From Massalongia carnosa (taxonomy: Eukaryota): a stretch of 64,000 nt of DNA. Below are positions 1-12,748 of this stretch, piece by piece. The number at the start of each line of letters is the position of its first letter. Position 1 is the first letter of the stretch. The notes under the pieces are model-generated. The model was given only the letters and a program-made list of their open reading frames with translations, had not been told where the DNA came from and did not search any database. The stretch covers positions 2,480,001 through 2,544,000 of the forward strand of contig OZ287069.1 in assembly GCA_965645245.1 (NCBI GenBank), in the 5' to 3' direction. The position numbers and the translations under genes were made by a program.

Positions 1-1568
1 TGGGCGGGGCGAGAAGGTGCATTCATGTTCCTAGTGCTAAACTGGCGGGTTTGGGGGTTTGCAAGCTTGACTTGTTCCTGGAAGGTTGATCGCCTAGGCA
101 GGCGCTGAATTACATTGGATTTAGGTAGAACCTGCTTTTGACGAAAATTAGAAAGTTCGGCGTCCTGTGCTTTCTTTGATGTTGATAGCGCTGTGGCTAC
201 AGACGTCGGTTCTTTGTGTTCTGGATATTTTCGTGATCCTTTCCTACTGTCTGTCTCCGCTGGCCAGAACTTCGTCGTATTTCCTAGTGCCTCGCTGACC
301 CTGTTTATCTCGACGGTGAGTTTCTGACATATGGCTGAACTGGCACGGTGCCCAGCGCCGCATAGAGCACACTTTGTTACTAGGCTTGAGCATCCAGGCG
401 TGGGGTGGGGACCTGCACATAGTCCACACCGTGTGGGTAAGGTGCATTGGGTTCCACGATGTCCATAAGACTGGCAATTATCACATTGAACCGGGCTGCA
501 ACCTCCTGCATATCTCCGACAATTGAACACTCTCCCTTCCCACAAAAGGCCTTGAGAGATCGCTGCATTCGCCTGCTCAACAGTCCTAAATTTGACCATC
601 AAGGCAGCGGTTTGCTTACTATATGCATCCTTACTAATCCAGCGAACATGCCTTATATCTTTAGGGCTTCGAAGTATAGACATGCGTGGCTTGTTTTCAA
701 CCACTATTTCCTGGAGCGTTTTGAGCTCGTCTACTTTATTTTCAATGGACATGGTCGCAGGCCTGACATTCTGCATTTCAACAGCGTAACCGTCAATGCG
801 AGTCTTCCGCATCAATTTGTCAACTAACGTTGTTGGTTCACCAAAGACAGGGATTGAGTAGACGGCGTCGACTGTTGGTGACCCATTGTCTGCGCGTTCT
901 GAGCCGCAGCGCGTTGTTGCTTGTGTAGCGGCGCTATTGTCTCTGCCCTGCTCCATATCCGGATCATTGGCTTTGGGCAGGTTTGATTCTTGGGATTCGT
1001 GTGATGGACTTGAGCTTGATGTCACAACAGGTGCCGTTACTGCCCCTTGAGTTACCCCAGGTTGCAGAGCTAGGGATTTACAGAGTGCCGTTGGTAGATT
1101 TATAGTATCATTAAGCTCATCCAAGTCTGTATCCAGATCGATATCTTGGGGCATGGTTGATACCTCGAGCTCTTGCTGCTGGAATGCAACTGGCTCGGAA
1201 CTCGACCTATCAACAAGAGCCTCCTCGTCAAGAAACGGTTTCTTCACAACAGCAGAAATTTCCTTGTCCTGAGCCATTTCCTGACTAGACTCAAATTCTT
1301 CCAGGAGAGCGAACCGAGCTGACAGATGAACCCGAGCCCTGATATCCAGCCCCTTCAACTCTGCTTCCGTAAGCGCAGCCAGCAATCTCTCACTAAGGTT
1401 CATGTACTGTTGCGAAAGCACGTTATAGTAATAATTCGGCACAGCCCCGGCTGGGCTATCCTTCACATGACGATTGATCTTCGTGAAATTACATCTTAGA
1501 AGGCGGATAAGTTCAAGCAGATCTTGCGGTATGAAGTTCTCCAGCCGTGGCCATTCAAGCCCAGACAT
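1..1568 (-). CDS. Gag/ORF1-like nucleic-acid-binding protein with three CCHC zinc knuckles (Tad1/LINE-type), 3' end runs off the window
   Basis: Manual translation from ATG at 1568 is open to base 1 (>=522 aa). Contains CDNCQSYGHRGTQC, CGLCAGPHPTPGC and CALCGAGHRASSAIC, preceded by VKFRTVEQANAAISQGLLWEGRVFNCRRY, typical of fungal non-LTR ORF1. Absent from the ORF track because no stop falls in the window. Confidence 0.75.
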   Translation of the reverse strand, partial: MSGLEWPRLENFIPQDLLELIRLLRCNFTKINRHVKDSPAGAVPNYYYNVLSQQYMNLSERLLAALTEAELKGLDIRARVHLSARFALLEEFESSQEMAQDKEISAVVKKPFLDEEALVDRSSSEPVAFQQQELEVSTMPQDIDLDTDLDELNDTINLPTALCKSLALQPGVTQGAVTAPVVTSSSSPSHESQESNLPKANDPDMEQGRDNSAATQATTRCGSERADNGSPTVDAVYSIPVFGEPTTLVDKLMRKTRIDGYAVEMQNVRPATMSIENKVDELKTLQEIVVENKPRMSILRSPKDIRHVRWISKDAYSKQTAALMVKFRTVEQANAAISQGLLWEGRVFNCRRYAGGCSPVQCDNCQSYGHRGTQCTLPTRCGLCAGPHPTPGCSSLVTKCALCGAGHRASSAICQKLTVEINRVSEALGNTTKFWPAETDSRKGSRKYPEHKEPTSVATALSTSKKAQDAELSNFRQKQVLPKSNVIQRLPRRSTFQEQVKLANPQTRQFSTRNMNAPSRPA

Positions 1569-2730
1569 TTTTAGTGAATATTCTGGGCAAACAGAATTGA
1601 ATATGAGCTGATTCTTGAAAAAGTCCTGAGTGTCAGCGTACAGCATAGATGTTAGCCCAACAATCCACATACGTGCACACGGAGGCGGAGATCCTCTACG
1701 CTGAAAGATTCAGCTGAATTTCAAAGATACTGTGATTGGGGAAATAAGGGCATAACGTTGTGGATATCCCTTGTGGTTACTCCCTTGGAACCGACTTAAC
1801 CTCTTGTCTCCTCAACCTCAAAGACCCTTCGGCTAAACCGAGTTATTCTGAGCAAACATGGTATGCTAAAGACACTTGAGATGTTGGAAGAATGATGAGC
1901 TGGAGAGGGGAGCAAGAAGTGGGTGGGGAGGTAAATTTTTTGATGTGCAGCAAACGCGGGGGGGCGATAAATATGTCAGCCATAGTTTAACCACCCCTCA
2001 CTTGGAGTATGGCTTAGGTGCTTGTAGCACGGCAAAGTTTTCATCTTGATCCTATGCCGTTGTAAAAGCGCATTACTATTGTTATCCTAAGCAAAAATCT
2101 AAATAACCAATCCATTTCGTTTGAAGCAAACATGTTGCCCCTTTTTCCTAGGTGTGGGTCGGGGACCCTCCAGTCAAATCTTAGACCGTTGAGTCTCCTT
2201 ATGGCTTAAATATTCTTTCATGCTGATGATCATTATGTGTGATATCAGAAATAGCTCGTCAAAGACGAAGAATATCTAATTCGATACAGTCTAGCTATCT
2301 AGTACTCTACAGCAATTAGTTCTAGATGAGGAAAGCTTCGATGTTTTTCGAAAAGCCTTATCAAGTATGTCCAATGACTCCAGAACGCGAGGTTTGATTT
2401 GTGAAACTGAAGATTATACCAAACCTGCGGGGCCAGCCCAGGTTTGAGTGCCGTGAAAGAAGGTAAGACAAACAGTATATACACACATATGGAGATAGCG
2501 AAGGAAGAAATACTAGAGGACTGGGAGTATCGAAAATCAAATGTTGCAAAAAAAAAAAAAAAGAGCACCAGATGGTCTCATAATAGTGCTTCAAAACAGC
2601 CTGCAACGAAGAAACCAACCATCCGTCACCATTATCTCATGAGATCTCTACCTCCTTTCAGCCCCGTACTCGAAGAGTATTTCAACTCTGACGTCTGATC
2701 CATTCTCTCCATGCCAGCTTTGTATCTCTC

Positions 2731-4321
2731 CTAGAAAAACAAGACCACTTCCCCTCTTTCATTCCTTCTCAGCCTCAAGCTCTTCCACAGCTTCTTCTCC
2801 TCCTCCATCTTCTCCACTCCCGGTCCCTGCTCGTTCCTTTCCCGATGGTACCTTTTCAGCGCTTTATTGATACTGCATCCGCTGTCGCTCTCAGGCCCTT
2901 TAGTGACAAAGGACATGAAGAGCTCAGCTCGGGAGCGGAAGAGGACAAGCTGCTGGTCGGAGTCGGTCCGGGTGGTTGTTGGGCGGTGGTCATTCTTGTA
3001 CTCGATGGCTTTGAGTTTCCGCTTGGGGCGTTCCAAGGGTGCGTCTTCGTGATTATAAGATCGGTGGTGTTTTCGAGGGCGGGAAGATTCATCCGAGGCG
3101 CGGCGTGAGGCGACTTTTCGAATCTTGACGAGGGCGGAGGAATTTTTGCGGCCTCGTTCTTTGACCACGATTTGTTTGGTGCGCTTAACAGGGCTCAGGG
3201 GGCTTGGCTCATTGCCATCACCGCCTGAGTAATCGGGGCTTGGAGGGAATTTTGATTTAGAAAGAAGACGGTTCAGACCTCCGGTAAGACCCGAATGAAG
3301 GACCGGAGGGGCATCAGCCATGATTTCGTCCAGCTCCTGGGACGGTCGTCGTGCGGCCGTAAGGTCTAAATCCTCAACGTGATGACGCTTACGCTTTTTG
3401 TCTGTCGATTTCCTTTCGGCTCCGTCCAGTTCATGGATCGAGTCCCGACTGCCATTGAATATGCTTTTGGACGCAGGGGTCTGGTATTCCAAACTCTGCA
3501 TAACGGGGATAGGGTCTGTTCCATAAGAATACCCGTTCTCTTCGTAGGCGTGATCATATTCGTGTAAATCATCCTCGCTCTCACTCTCAGGGTCCTCCGT
3601 TGACGGATTCCCGACTTCGAACAGCGGTGGTGCATGCTCTACCATTCGCATTTGCTCCCTTGATCCACCAAGAGAAACCTTGGAGACATTAGGTGTGTCC
3701 TCGGCAACAAGAAAGTCAAAGACATTCACCGGCTGCGCAGGTCGGGCGGGCACAGCCGATGGAGGGCTCGGTGCTGGTGGAGGAGGGTCAACAATCGCAA
3801 TGGCATTGCCCGATTCAGCATCTGGAGCATCTTCGACATATGCTTTGCGCGGAACCAATGCTATGGTGTCTTGGGGTTGAGCTGCTTTTCGTGAAAGCTT
3901 CGATGGCTTCTCCTTGTATAGGTTCCCTTGATATTTTTGGGCCTCCGAAACGCACGTCTTATGAAGTCACACAGGGTTAGCGTGGGAGCGGTGAAGAGGA
4001 TGTTGTGGTATGATTCGTTGTGAGCTTGCCAACGCGGAGACCTAGCTCATAACCTTATCCGGAGTTCGTGCTTCATTGTGATGTGGTTCATGGGAGAGGG
4101 CCAACGTACTGTATGAGACTTGTAATCGGTGCCACGGAAATGGGTCATGCAATCCAAGCAGGTGAAGGTCGCTCCTCGACATTGACCGCGATGAGGATCC
4201 AACTTCTTCTTGACCAAGACGTCTCCACAATTCTGGAATGAAACGGCCATATTAGCATCAACAGACTGCATTCATACCCAATCGAAGGGCGCATTAGTAC
4301 CTCGCAGGAGAAGGACACCAT
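2731..4321 (-). CDS. LYAR-type C2HC zinc finger nucleolar protein (spliced)
   Basis: MVSFSCE / NCGDVLVKKKLDPHRGQCRGATFTCLDCMTHFRGTDYKSHT / TCVSEAQKYQGNLY across GT-AG introns, followed by a long final exon. Confidence 0.85.
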
Positions 4322-5171
4322 AGTCGTAATCGACGGGCGGTGTAGCGATAGTACAGGCTAGCTGGTTGGTTTCGTCGCGCGTAGAAGGTTACGAGCAATT
4401 CCTCAAAATTGTGACTATGCGCTTGCTCGTTTCGACAAGAAGCTTAATGGGGCGGGGAGGTCTTCGCGCAGGAAGTTGGAAGACAGTGGCACTTATAGAC
4501 TAAGGTATCTGTGTTGGAGGTATTTGGGGGGGAGTTATCAGACTTGAGGGGGGAGTGGATTGACGTATGGCGTGTCAGCATCCTTTTGGCCCTTTTATTC
4601 TCTCTTTGGTGTAGCACTTGTTTGATCTATTTTGAACCGTGACTTATGCGTGTTTCGGTCCCGCATCAACCGACTCCGCATGACCCCTGGCACGCGCCCG
4701 CATGAATAGGGGCCCATAACCTCCTGAGAACCCTCATCTGCCAGGTCCGTATCAATGTCGATGTATTATACCATCATCACCCATTCATTCCGGAGATAGG
4801 ATAAGAATTTTGAGGAGCTAACAAAGCCTTCTTTTTGTGCCCAAGATGACTATACCTCTTACGTGATGGCGTGGATGGACCTTTGTAGAAGACCGAGCAC
4901 AATAAGCTACCTCGATCTTGTGCTAGTAGCCTAAGATGGTGTACATATGGAGTCAGTCATCTGTTCCTGATTAGGAAGAAACCCTAATTCATAGACTGTC
5001 ATATGTCCCTAAAACCTGAATGCTTATGAATCGCGTCACAGGTCTATCTATACCTTGCAATATATAAACTTAAAGTGTGATTGCAAATACGTAACTACCT
5101 ACCTAATTACAACATCATCTATCGATGCCTTTGGATAGTTACATAATATGTCTAGATACCAAAAAGGATTC

Positions 5172-7498
5172 CTAACGATGTAGAAAAAGCTGAGCTTTGT
5201 TATCCGCGTATGCTTCATCGTATTTTTTGAAATTCTCGTCAAATAAGGTACCAAGTTTTGTGACTTCCTGCTTGAAATCTGCTTGACCGGTCCATGACGT
5301 TTTGGGATTTAATAGCTCGCTCGGAACCCCGGTGCATGAAGTAGGAATATGGAGGTTAAATGTCTCGTATGTTTCATATTCTGCCTTCGCCAATTCCCCA
5401 GAATGGATCGCATCCAGGATTGCTCGGGTGTATTTCAGCCTGAACAAGTGAGTGGAAAGCCCCAAAGTGTGTGGGGTTGAAAACGTACGGGCATCGCTTG
5501 CCACCTGAAGAAGCACCAGCGCCAACCCACCCTGTGTTTAGCAGCCACGCGTTTGCCTTATGATGTTCGATTTTATCTGCTAACATTTTTGCATATCGCA
5601 TAGGATGGAGTGCCAAGAACGGCTGGGCAAAGCACGAGGAGAAAGTTGCTTGAGGCTCGTCTACTCCGTCTTCGGTCCCAGCCATCTTGGATGTGTAGCC
5701 AGATATGAAGTGAAACATTGTTTGTTCGCCCGTTAGCTTCGATATCGGAGGCAGTACGCCCCGAGCGTCACAGGTAAGCAGAATTATATTCGAGGGGTGC
5801 TTCATGGATAAGCAGGGAATCTTTGCGTTCTCGATATACTCAATTGGATACGCACTGACTTGGATTAGACGCATGCAGAACATCCAACTACTCCTGACAC
5901 AAGGACTTACCATCGGGTGTTTTCTGTCAAGGTAGCATCATCGTAGTCTACGAGCCTCGTGTCCGGAGAGAATACAACGTTTTCAAGGATGGAGCCAAAT
6001 CGGATGGCATTAAAAATGTCAGGTTCTTTCTCGGCAGAAAGTCCAATGGTTTTGGCATAACACTACCTTCACACATTAGCATGCTGTTCCCAACGAAGCC
6101 ATGTCGGTAACCTACGCCGCCCTCAATATTGAAGACACCGCGGTCGCTCCAACAATGCTCGTCATCTCCAATCAATGCACGCTTCGGGTCCGCCGAGAGA
6201 GTTGTTTTCCCGGTACCAGAGAGTCCGAAGAAAACAGTAACATCGCCACCCTTGCCTTCGTTTGCAGATGAGTGGAGCGTTAAGACGTTGTGTTTGACTG
6301 GCATTTCGTAGAATAATACAGTGAAAATCCCTTTCTTCATTTCCCCAGCGTACTCTGTGCCCAGGATGACCATTTCCTTATCAGCGAAGTTTATGGCAAC
6401 CGAAGTAGCCGAGGTCATCCCTGTCGTGAAACGATTTGCTGGGAATGAGCCGGCATTATAGATGGTATAATCGGGATGAAAATGCTCAAGCTCTTCCCTC
6501 GATGGACGTATGAGCATATTCCGCATGAAGAGAGCATGATAGGCACGGGCGCAGACAACGCGGACATTGATCCTGTACCGTTCATCCCATCCGGCGTAGC
6601 CATCAACCACGTATATTCGCCTTCGGGTATTAAGATAGTCTACTGCACGTTCTCTGTTGATTTTCCAGACCTTCAATCCTCAGCGTTAGTTCAAGGTACA
6701 GAGCACGTGGCGAATTGAGCATTTGGGACTAGGGCAGGGAAGAAAAGGAACCGCTAGGACGAAAAGAGATAAGGGCATGCGGGGTCTAGCCGAGGTGTGA
6801 CTTCCCCACAACGGTTTTTTCTTCGATCGTAGCCATTCTTGCGTATCGCATATGCAAAATAGAGAATAATAACGGAATAAAGTAAGCTGACCTCGGGTGT
6901 CATTGGCTTGTTTACAGGCCCCCACCATATTTCATTTTCAGAGCTTGGCTCCCGGACAATACGTTTGTCAAGAGGTGATCGCCCCGTCTTTGCACCCGAA
7001 AACGCTGTTAAGGCGCCTGTCGAAGTGATGGCCGAACCTGTCTCGAAAACCAACGCATCCTCGTACAGCGCTGCGACAGAGGGATTGGCAATCTATTGAA
7101 TGAATCGTTGAGCTCCAAGAAGAAGGGGCAAGAATAGCTTAGCACCTACGATTGAGACGCGGTCATAATCGATGTGGGCAAGCTCATGAAGTTCTTCCTC
7201 TATCTCTGTGTGTTCCCGTTGGGGTCTGCGGCACGGTTATCATCGTCAGCCCCTTCTACTACCCAAAGCTATTCCACACACCGGTAGACGAGCAGAAGGG
7301 AACGAATACATACTCGACTCCGCCAGGATGTAGACTAGTCTTGTTGACTGTGCGTGGGATCATTGTGCTGAGCGAACTGGAGAGATAGTTGTTTCTGATT
7401 TGCTTGGTGGCTTGCTGTCGTACAAAATCGGCGGAAAGGGGTGGTAGGGAGGTTCGGGGGGGTGTTGGAGAGTCAACGTTTGGAGGCTTTGGTGGCAT
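5172..7498 (-). CDS. PCK1: Phosphoenolpyruvate carboxykinase (ATP), multi-exon
   Basis: [65 protein letters not shown] and WLLNTGW motifs. Confidence 0.97.
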
Positions 7499-7579
7499 AC
7501 TGGACGGTATATGTAGAAAAACGCCTGCAATTACGTTTAGCTAGAAGTGTCTGGGATAAAGGAGCCACCCCCGTGAATA

Positions 7580-7592
7580 CGGGAATTCCCGG
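7580..7592. promoter_or_regulatory. CGG-N7-CGG, candidate AcuK/AcuM (AOD2/AOD5) site upstream of PEPCK
   Basis: CGG gaattcc CGG at 7580-7592; a second copy, CGG gtggaaa CGG, at 8052-8064. Confidence 0.55.
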
Positions 7593-8245
7593 AACAAGCC
7601 CTGACCCATGGCACATGTCCTTTTTAATAATTTGGGTGCACAGAGTCTTTTCGAAGCTTGCAGGTACCAGCTGGGCATCTTACGTATCAAAATAGCATGG
7701 TTCGAAAGGTAGGAAGCACGAGTAAAAGACCACAGGCCCACATCCACAAAATATCCAGAAATAAAGTCTTGAGCCGTTGAAACTCGGACATGTTTGCAGT
7801 CCTGGCGAGGCTCCTCTACCTTATGGGGACGAACTAAACAAGGGTCCCCGCGTCCGTTTATGAGCACGTGAACGAAACCCTTTTTGTAGGAGTGACTCGA
7901 TCGATAGATTTTATTTTGATTGGTTCATCTCCTTTTTCCTGCGGATCAGCTCCGGAGGGGACGATTCTGGTGGCTATGACTTCAAAGTCCTCGGCTTTAA
8001 AGGGATTGAAACGTCACTTCAGTCCACTTCATTCCACATGACCATTTCCACCGGGTGGAAACGGGTGACCTTTCCCACCGGCGTCAGGCGATAGTACCCG
8101 GATCTAATTCTCTGTATTACCTACCCACCTACCCACCTATGCAGCCTAGCGCTAAAGTATCGAATTAAGAGAATCCCGTTCCCAATTATCTTACAAGCGA
8201 CGGCGTAACTTCATATTGTGATAATATGCTTCAACGTCACCCTAT

Positions 8246-9279
8246 CTACCCTTGCAGCCAAGCAGCGTCCGTCACGGACTTCAGAATTTCAGGGACGATG
8301 ACACCTGCGTCTCCCTGAAAAAACCAATCCCCCTCGTGAAGCCCATTCATTCCCCCAGGAGCATCCGCTCGATCCATATTCACCACGGCAACTCTGGCCC
8401 CTTTGGATCTGGCTTTATCAACATAACCAGCCGCAGGATACACTTTAGAGCTTGTTCCAATAACAAGAATCAGGTCTATTTTCTCAGACTCTACTATGAA
8501 TGTTTCAATGGCATCAACTATCTTCTCTGGAAGCATCTCGCCAAACCACACAACTCCGGGGCGCAGCAAACCATTACCACATTTTGGACATTGAGGGAGA
8601 TCTTCGACTTGCAGGTTGGGAATAGAAACTCGATCGTCTGAGATATCAAGTTCCTTTGATTCCCTACTGTAGCTCATGGCATCATGTAGTGACTTGGCGG
8701 CTTCCGCCCCAGTCTTGTCAGCGTCCGATGGTTTCAAATCACCACTTTTACGAGGAATGTTTAGCGCCGGCACAACTGGATCAGTAAAGTTATTTTGCTC
8801 TGCATAATCGCAATAAAATGCTGTACACTTGATATCAAATAGCGATCCATGGAGAAGGTAGATTTGATCGGCGGGATGTCCAGCTCGTTGGCTGAGGCCT
8901 ATGGGGGGACTTAGTTACTTGAAGCATGATAATGTCATAAGAGAATACCATCGACGTTTTGGCTCAAGGTGATAAAGCCTTTTTTACGCCGTGCAAGTTC
9001 TGCTAGTGCAAAGTGTGCGGGGTTGGGCTTCGCCTGTAAAGCCATGTGCCTTCGGTAACTGTAGAACTGCCAAACCAAGCCCGGATTTCTGCTGAATGCC
9101 TCTGGAGTTGCGAGCAACATCGCGTCGTGGCCTCGCCATAACCCTCCAGCTCCACGGAAGGTTGGAAGACCAGATGAGGCTGACAGTCCCGCACCCAAGA
9201 GGGCCAAGATACGGCTTGAAGCTTTAAGATGGCCAGAAAAAGAATCAAGATCTGCCGCAGGTATGAATGAGGAAGCCAT
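8246..9279 (-). CDS. NAD-dependent protein deacylase, Sir2 family (class III, SIRT5/CobB-like)
   Basis: GAGLSASSGLPTFRGAGGLWR, WQFYSYRR, SQNVDG, LRPGVVWFGE and IGTSSKVYPAAG; one intron near 8900-8950. Confidence 0.92.
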
Positions 9280-9568
9280 CTTCGCTAAAGGGTTTAGCAC
9301 ACTTCTATGGAGTTTAGGGACGAGAGTGCAATTGGCGCCTGCTAGAAAGAGCATTAACGTTATGAACACTCGTAGCGTCGGTCAACATTTCCGAACATGC
9401 CGTAGGGCTGCACGATCCAAAAGTATTATTATAACTAGTTAGGGCTTTGTGGCGGACTGGCGGCAAAAGCGGCCCGTAGCGCCTATTCAGCCTCTCATCA
9501 GAAAGTTACCTACTTCGTGTGTAGTTAAAAGTAGTATCGAGCGTTCTGTTCATCCGTGACGCCCAAGT

Positions 9569-11822
9569 ATGAAATCTTGCCTCCGTCTGGTGTATGAAGC
9601 GTCAAAATCAATTGAGCTTCGGGGCGCTTCACCCGGCCAATTTGCATTCTTCTCTAAGCATTGTCGCACTCTAGCGACCTTACATTCACGGAGTTATGCT
9701 GCGGTTGCAGCGTCGGAGCTTCAATTCGGTCAACCTGTGCATGAAACTCATCCGCACTTGTTAAAGGCCGGCGAAAGTAGAGTTGGGCTCATACAATGGG
9801 GCTTGTCTGCTACTGCTAACATCGTACCCAATAGTTACACCCGGCATCACTGCTCTCGAATATGCTCAGCGCCGGTCCAAACTTGCTTCCAAACTTCCGA
9901 AGAATGCTGTTGCGATAGTAGCTTCTTCAGAAATAAAATATCGCTCGGGTGCGGTCTTTTATGAATTTCATCAAGACTCGAACTTCTTCTACCTCACCGG
10001 TATGGCATGTTTGCGTAGTATCGGACGATCCATTGAGAGTCACTAGGGTTTAACGAACCAGAGGCGCTAGCAGTGATCGGTGGGCTTATCTAGATGGCTT
10101 GTCTTCGATGTCAATTCAAAAAGCTAAGTTGGGTTAGAGAAGAGTGCTGATGAGAACAACCATGTTTTCCACCTTTTCGTACGGCCCAAAGACCCAAAAG
10201 CGGAGCGGTGGGATGGCGCAAGATCAGGGATAGAGGCTGCCTCAGACATATTTAATGCGGATGAGGTACGTTTGGGTGCGCATTGGGTGAGAAACGACAG
10301 GGTTAAATACCTGTCATAGACTGGAGATATCAATCAGCTACAGCATCTCATTCGGACTGTCGTTGACGGGATATCTGAAGTCTACACTGATATCACCACA
10401 AAACCTGGCGCCCAAAGCTCCTTCTCGCGATTCTTCTCTAGCCCTACATCAAAAGCTGATAGCCTGGCGAAAATGTTGGAATCTAGCACCGTGAAACCGC
10501 TGAAGCCTATCATCAATGATTTTCGAATCTTTAAGAGCGATGCCGAGATCGCCAATATGCGGAAAGCTGGGAAAGTCTCGGGCCGAGCCTTCACGGAGGC
10601 CATGAAGCAAGAGTGGACAGCTGAGAAGGATTTGGCAACGTTCCTGGACTATGAATTCAGAAGAGGGGGTTGTGATGGCTCTGCCTACATACCTGTCGTC
10701 GCTGGCGGAAAGGTATGAACCTCTTTGTGAATTCAATGATCTTCTTACTAATATCCAAAGCATGGGAGCATGATCCACTATGTACGCAATGATGATTTAC
10801 TAAGGTATTAGATCACTCTGTCCCTTTAAATTCAACGCTGATCATTCTCCTAGAGATGGACAATTGGCCCTTGTAGATGCAGGTGGAGTACATCATTCCC
10901 TTTATTTAACGCTTGGAGATTATTTTACCTAACATTAGGATAGCAATATGGCGGCTACATCACCGACATTACCCGCACCTGGCCCATATCCGGCAGGTTC
11001 ACCCAACCCCAAAAAGACCTCTACGCAGCAGTTCTCTCCACCCAGCGTACCTGCATTGCTCTCTGCCGCGCCTCCGCCACCGTCTCTCTTGATAAGCTCC
11101 ACGAAGTTGCCGAATCGACTCTCAAGGACCAACTGACTCAGTTGGGCTTCGACATGTCTGTCAAAGTGCGTCCTTCCCCCTGGTCTTTTCTGTCACTCTC
11201 CTTGAATGTCAATTCGAGAATATTGAATGATTTTATAGGCGCTTGAGACGCTTTTCCCTCACCATTTAAGTCATTACATCGGTCTTGACGTCCACGATAC
11301 CCCGGGCCAATCCCGTAAGATCCCTCTCCAGGCTGGTCAATGCGTGACCGTGGAACCGTACGTTGTTACTTACCCTTCCCCATTTCTTTATAACCTGCTT
11401 CGTCATTTCTATGTCATCATCAAAAACACCTCAAACGATGACCTTATAAGTAATATTTCATTTTCTCCATTATCCCAAATCTAGAGGACTCTACATACCC
11501 GACTCACAGCTTTACCCTGTCCATTTCCGCGGTCTGAACGTCAGGATCGAGGATAGCATATGTGTGCAGGATGAGCATCCGCTCGTGTTGACGACAGAGG
11601 CAGTTAAGGAGGTACGTTTGCTTTTATTCGTCTCTTCCTCTACATTTTCTTACAGATGTTGAACTCTCTTCATTTTTCTATATCTTGTGATCAGTATGAA
11701 TAGATGTGGGGCTTTTGCCCTTGGTCTAAAAGTTTGTGAAGGAGACTACGATGGTTTGAATTTTGGCTAACGGGTGCTTCGCGAGCGGGCAGGTGGAAGA
11801 TATTGAGGCGTTGAGGGGATGA
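9569..11822 (+). CDS. ICP55: Mitochondrial Xaa-Pro aminopeptidase / intermediate cleaving peptidase 55 (M24B), multi-exon
   Basis: FGQPVHETHPHLL, TPGITALEYAQRR, FHQDSNFFYLTG, FPHHLSHYIGLDVHD, VTVEP and VRIED; N-terminus looks like a mitochondrial presequence. Confidence 0.9.
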
Positions 11823-12748
11823 ATCGGATTGGCCAAGGTCGTGATAGGGCGGTTCGATGAAATGGCGGATGTATAAACATGCTGGGATACGTAAATAAAT
11901 TTGTCCTTACTTTCTCTCAATCGTGACTAATTTTTCGGCATTTGTTCGTCGCCTCTAGTGGTGCACAAAGTCCAGTTCTATAAACGCTCTTGTAGTTAAT
12001 AAGTTACCTATTTTCTCTCTCAAGCGAGCAATCAAACTCTCCGTATAACCTGATCGGTTCTCCGCCAGCCTACTGCCTATCCGTAGATTATGATAGGATA
12101 AATAAACTAGAAAGTCTTATTAAAAATAGAAATCTAGATAAGGATCCTGCATGGGTAGGTACGCAACATGAGCAAAGTCTATTGCAAAACCAGTAAGAGC
12201 AAATAAATAAGGGGCTATTTAGGGCGTATCTTTCCATCATGCCATGCCATGCCATGCCATGCCATCTTTCAATTCGTTAACCGACGCCCCTTGTAAAATC
12301 TAGCAGAAGCGCATCGCTTCCCTGCGAAGAACAAAGCCATGAAAGGCAAAATCAATATGTATACAAGCTATCGCTCCCTTTCTGCGTCTTTCGTAAATTC
12401 CTTATTTTTTCCTATTTTTTCGTCGTCGTAAGCCGCGTTTAGCTTTTTTTTTCTAAAAGAAAATTAGTTCTTTAAGTAGGAAGTAAAATTTTCGTAGCGA
12501 TAATAATAAAAGCGTAAAAGGCGTGGGGTGTGGCTAGCTTAGATAGATGCTGGAAAGGGTATTTCATTGAATGTCCCCTGTAAGTGGCGGAAGTGTGGTG
12601 CATTTGTAAAGGTATATTTTCAAGGATGAGAGCGCCGAATCTGGTAGGGTTTTGGTAAATATAGGTGAAGAAAGGTCCTTTGAGATCATATGGGTAGTCA
12701 TGTCCAGTGTCGTTCGCCATGTAGAATGTAGTTAAATGGAGAGATCGC

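Noticed and set aside
5172..9279. PEPCK next to a sirtuin as a functional cluster
   Set aside because: Adjacency alone is weak evidence in fungi, and nothing in the sequence indicates co-regulation.
12238..12265. (CATGC)n microsatellite
   Set aside because: Ordinary short tandem repeat in a 3' intergenic region.
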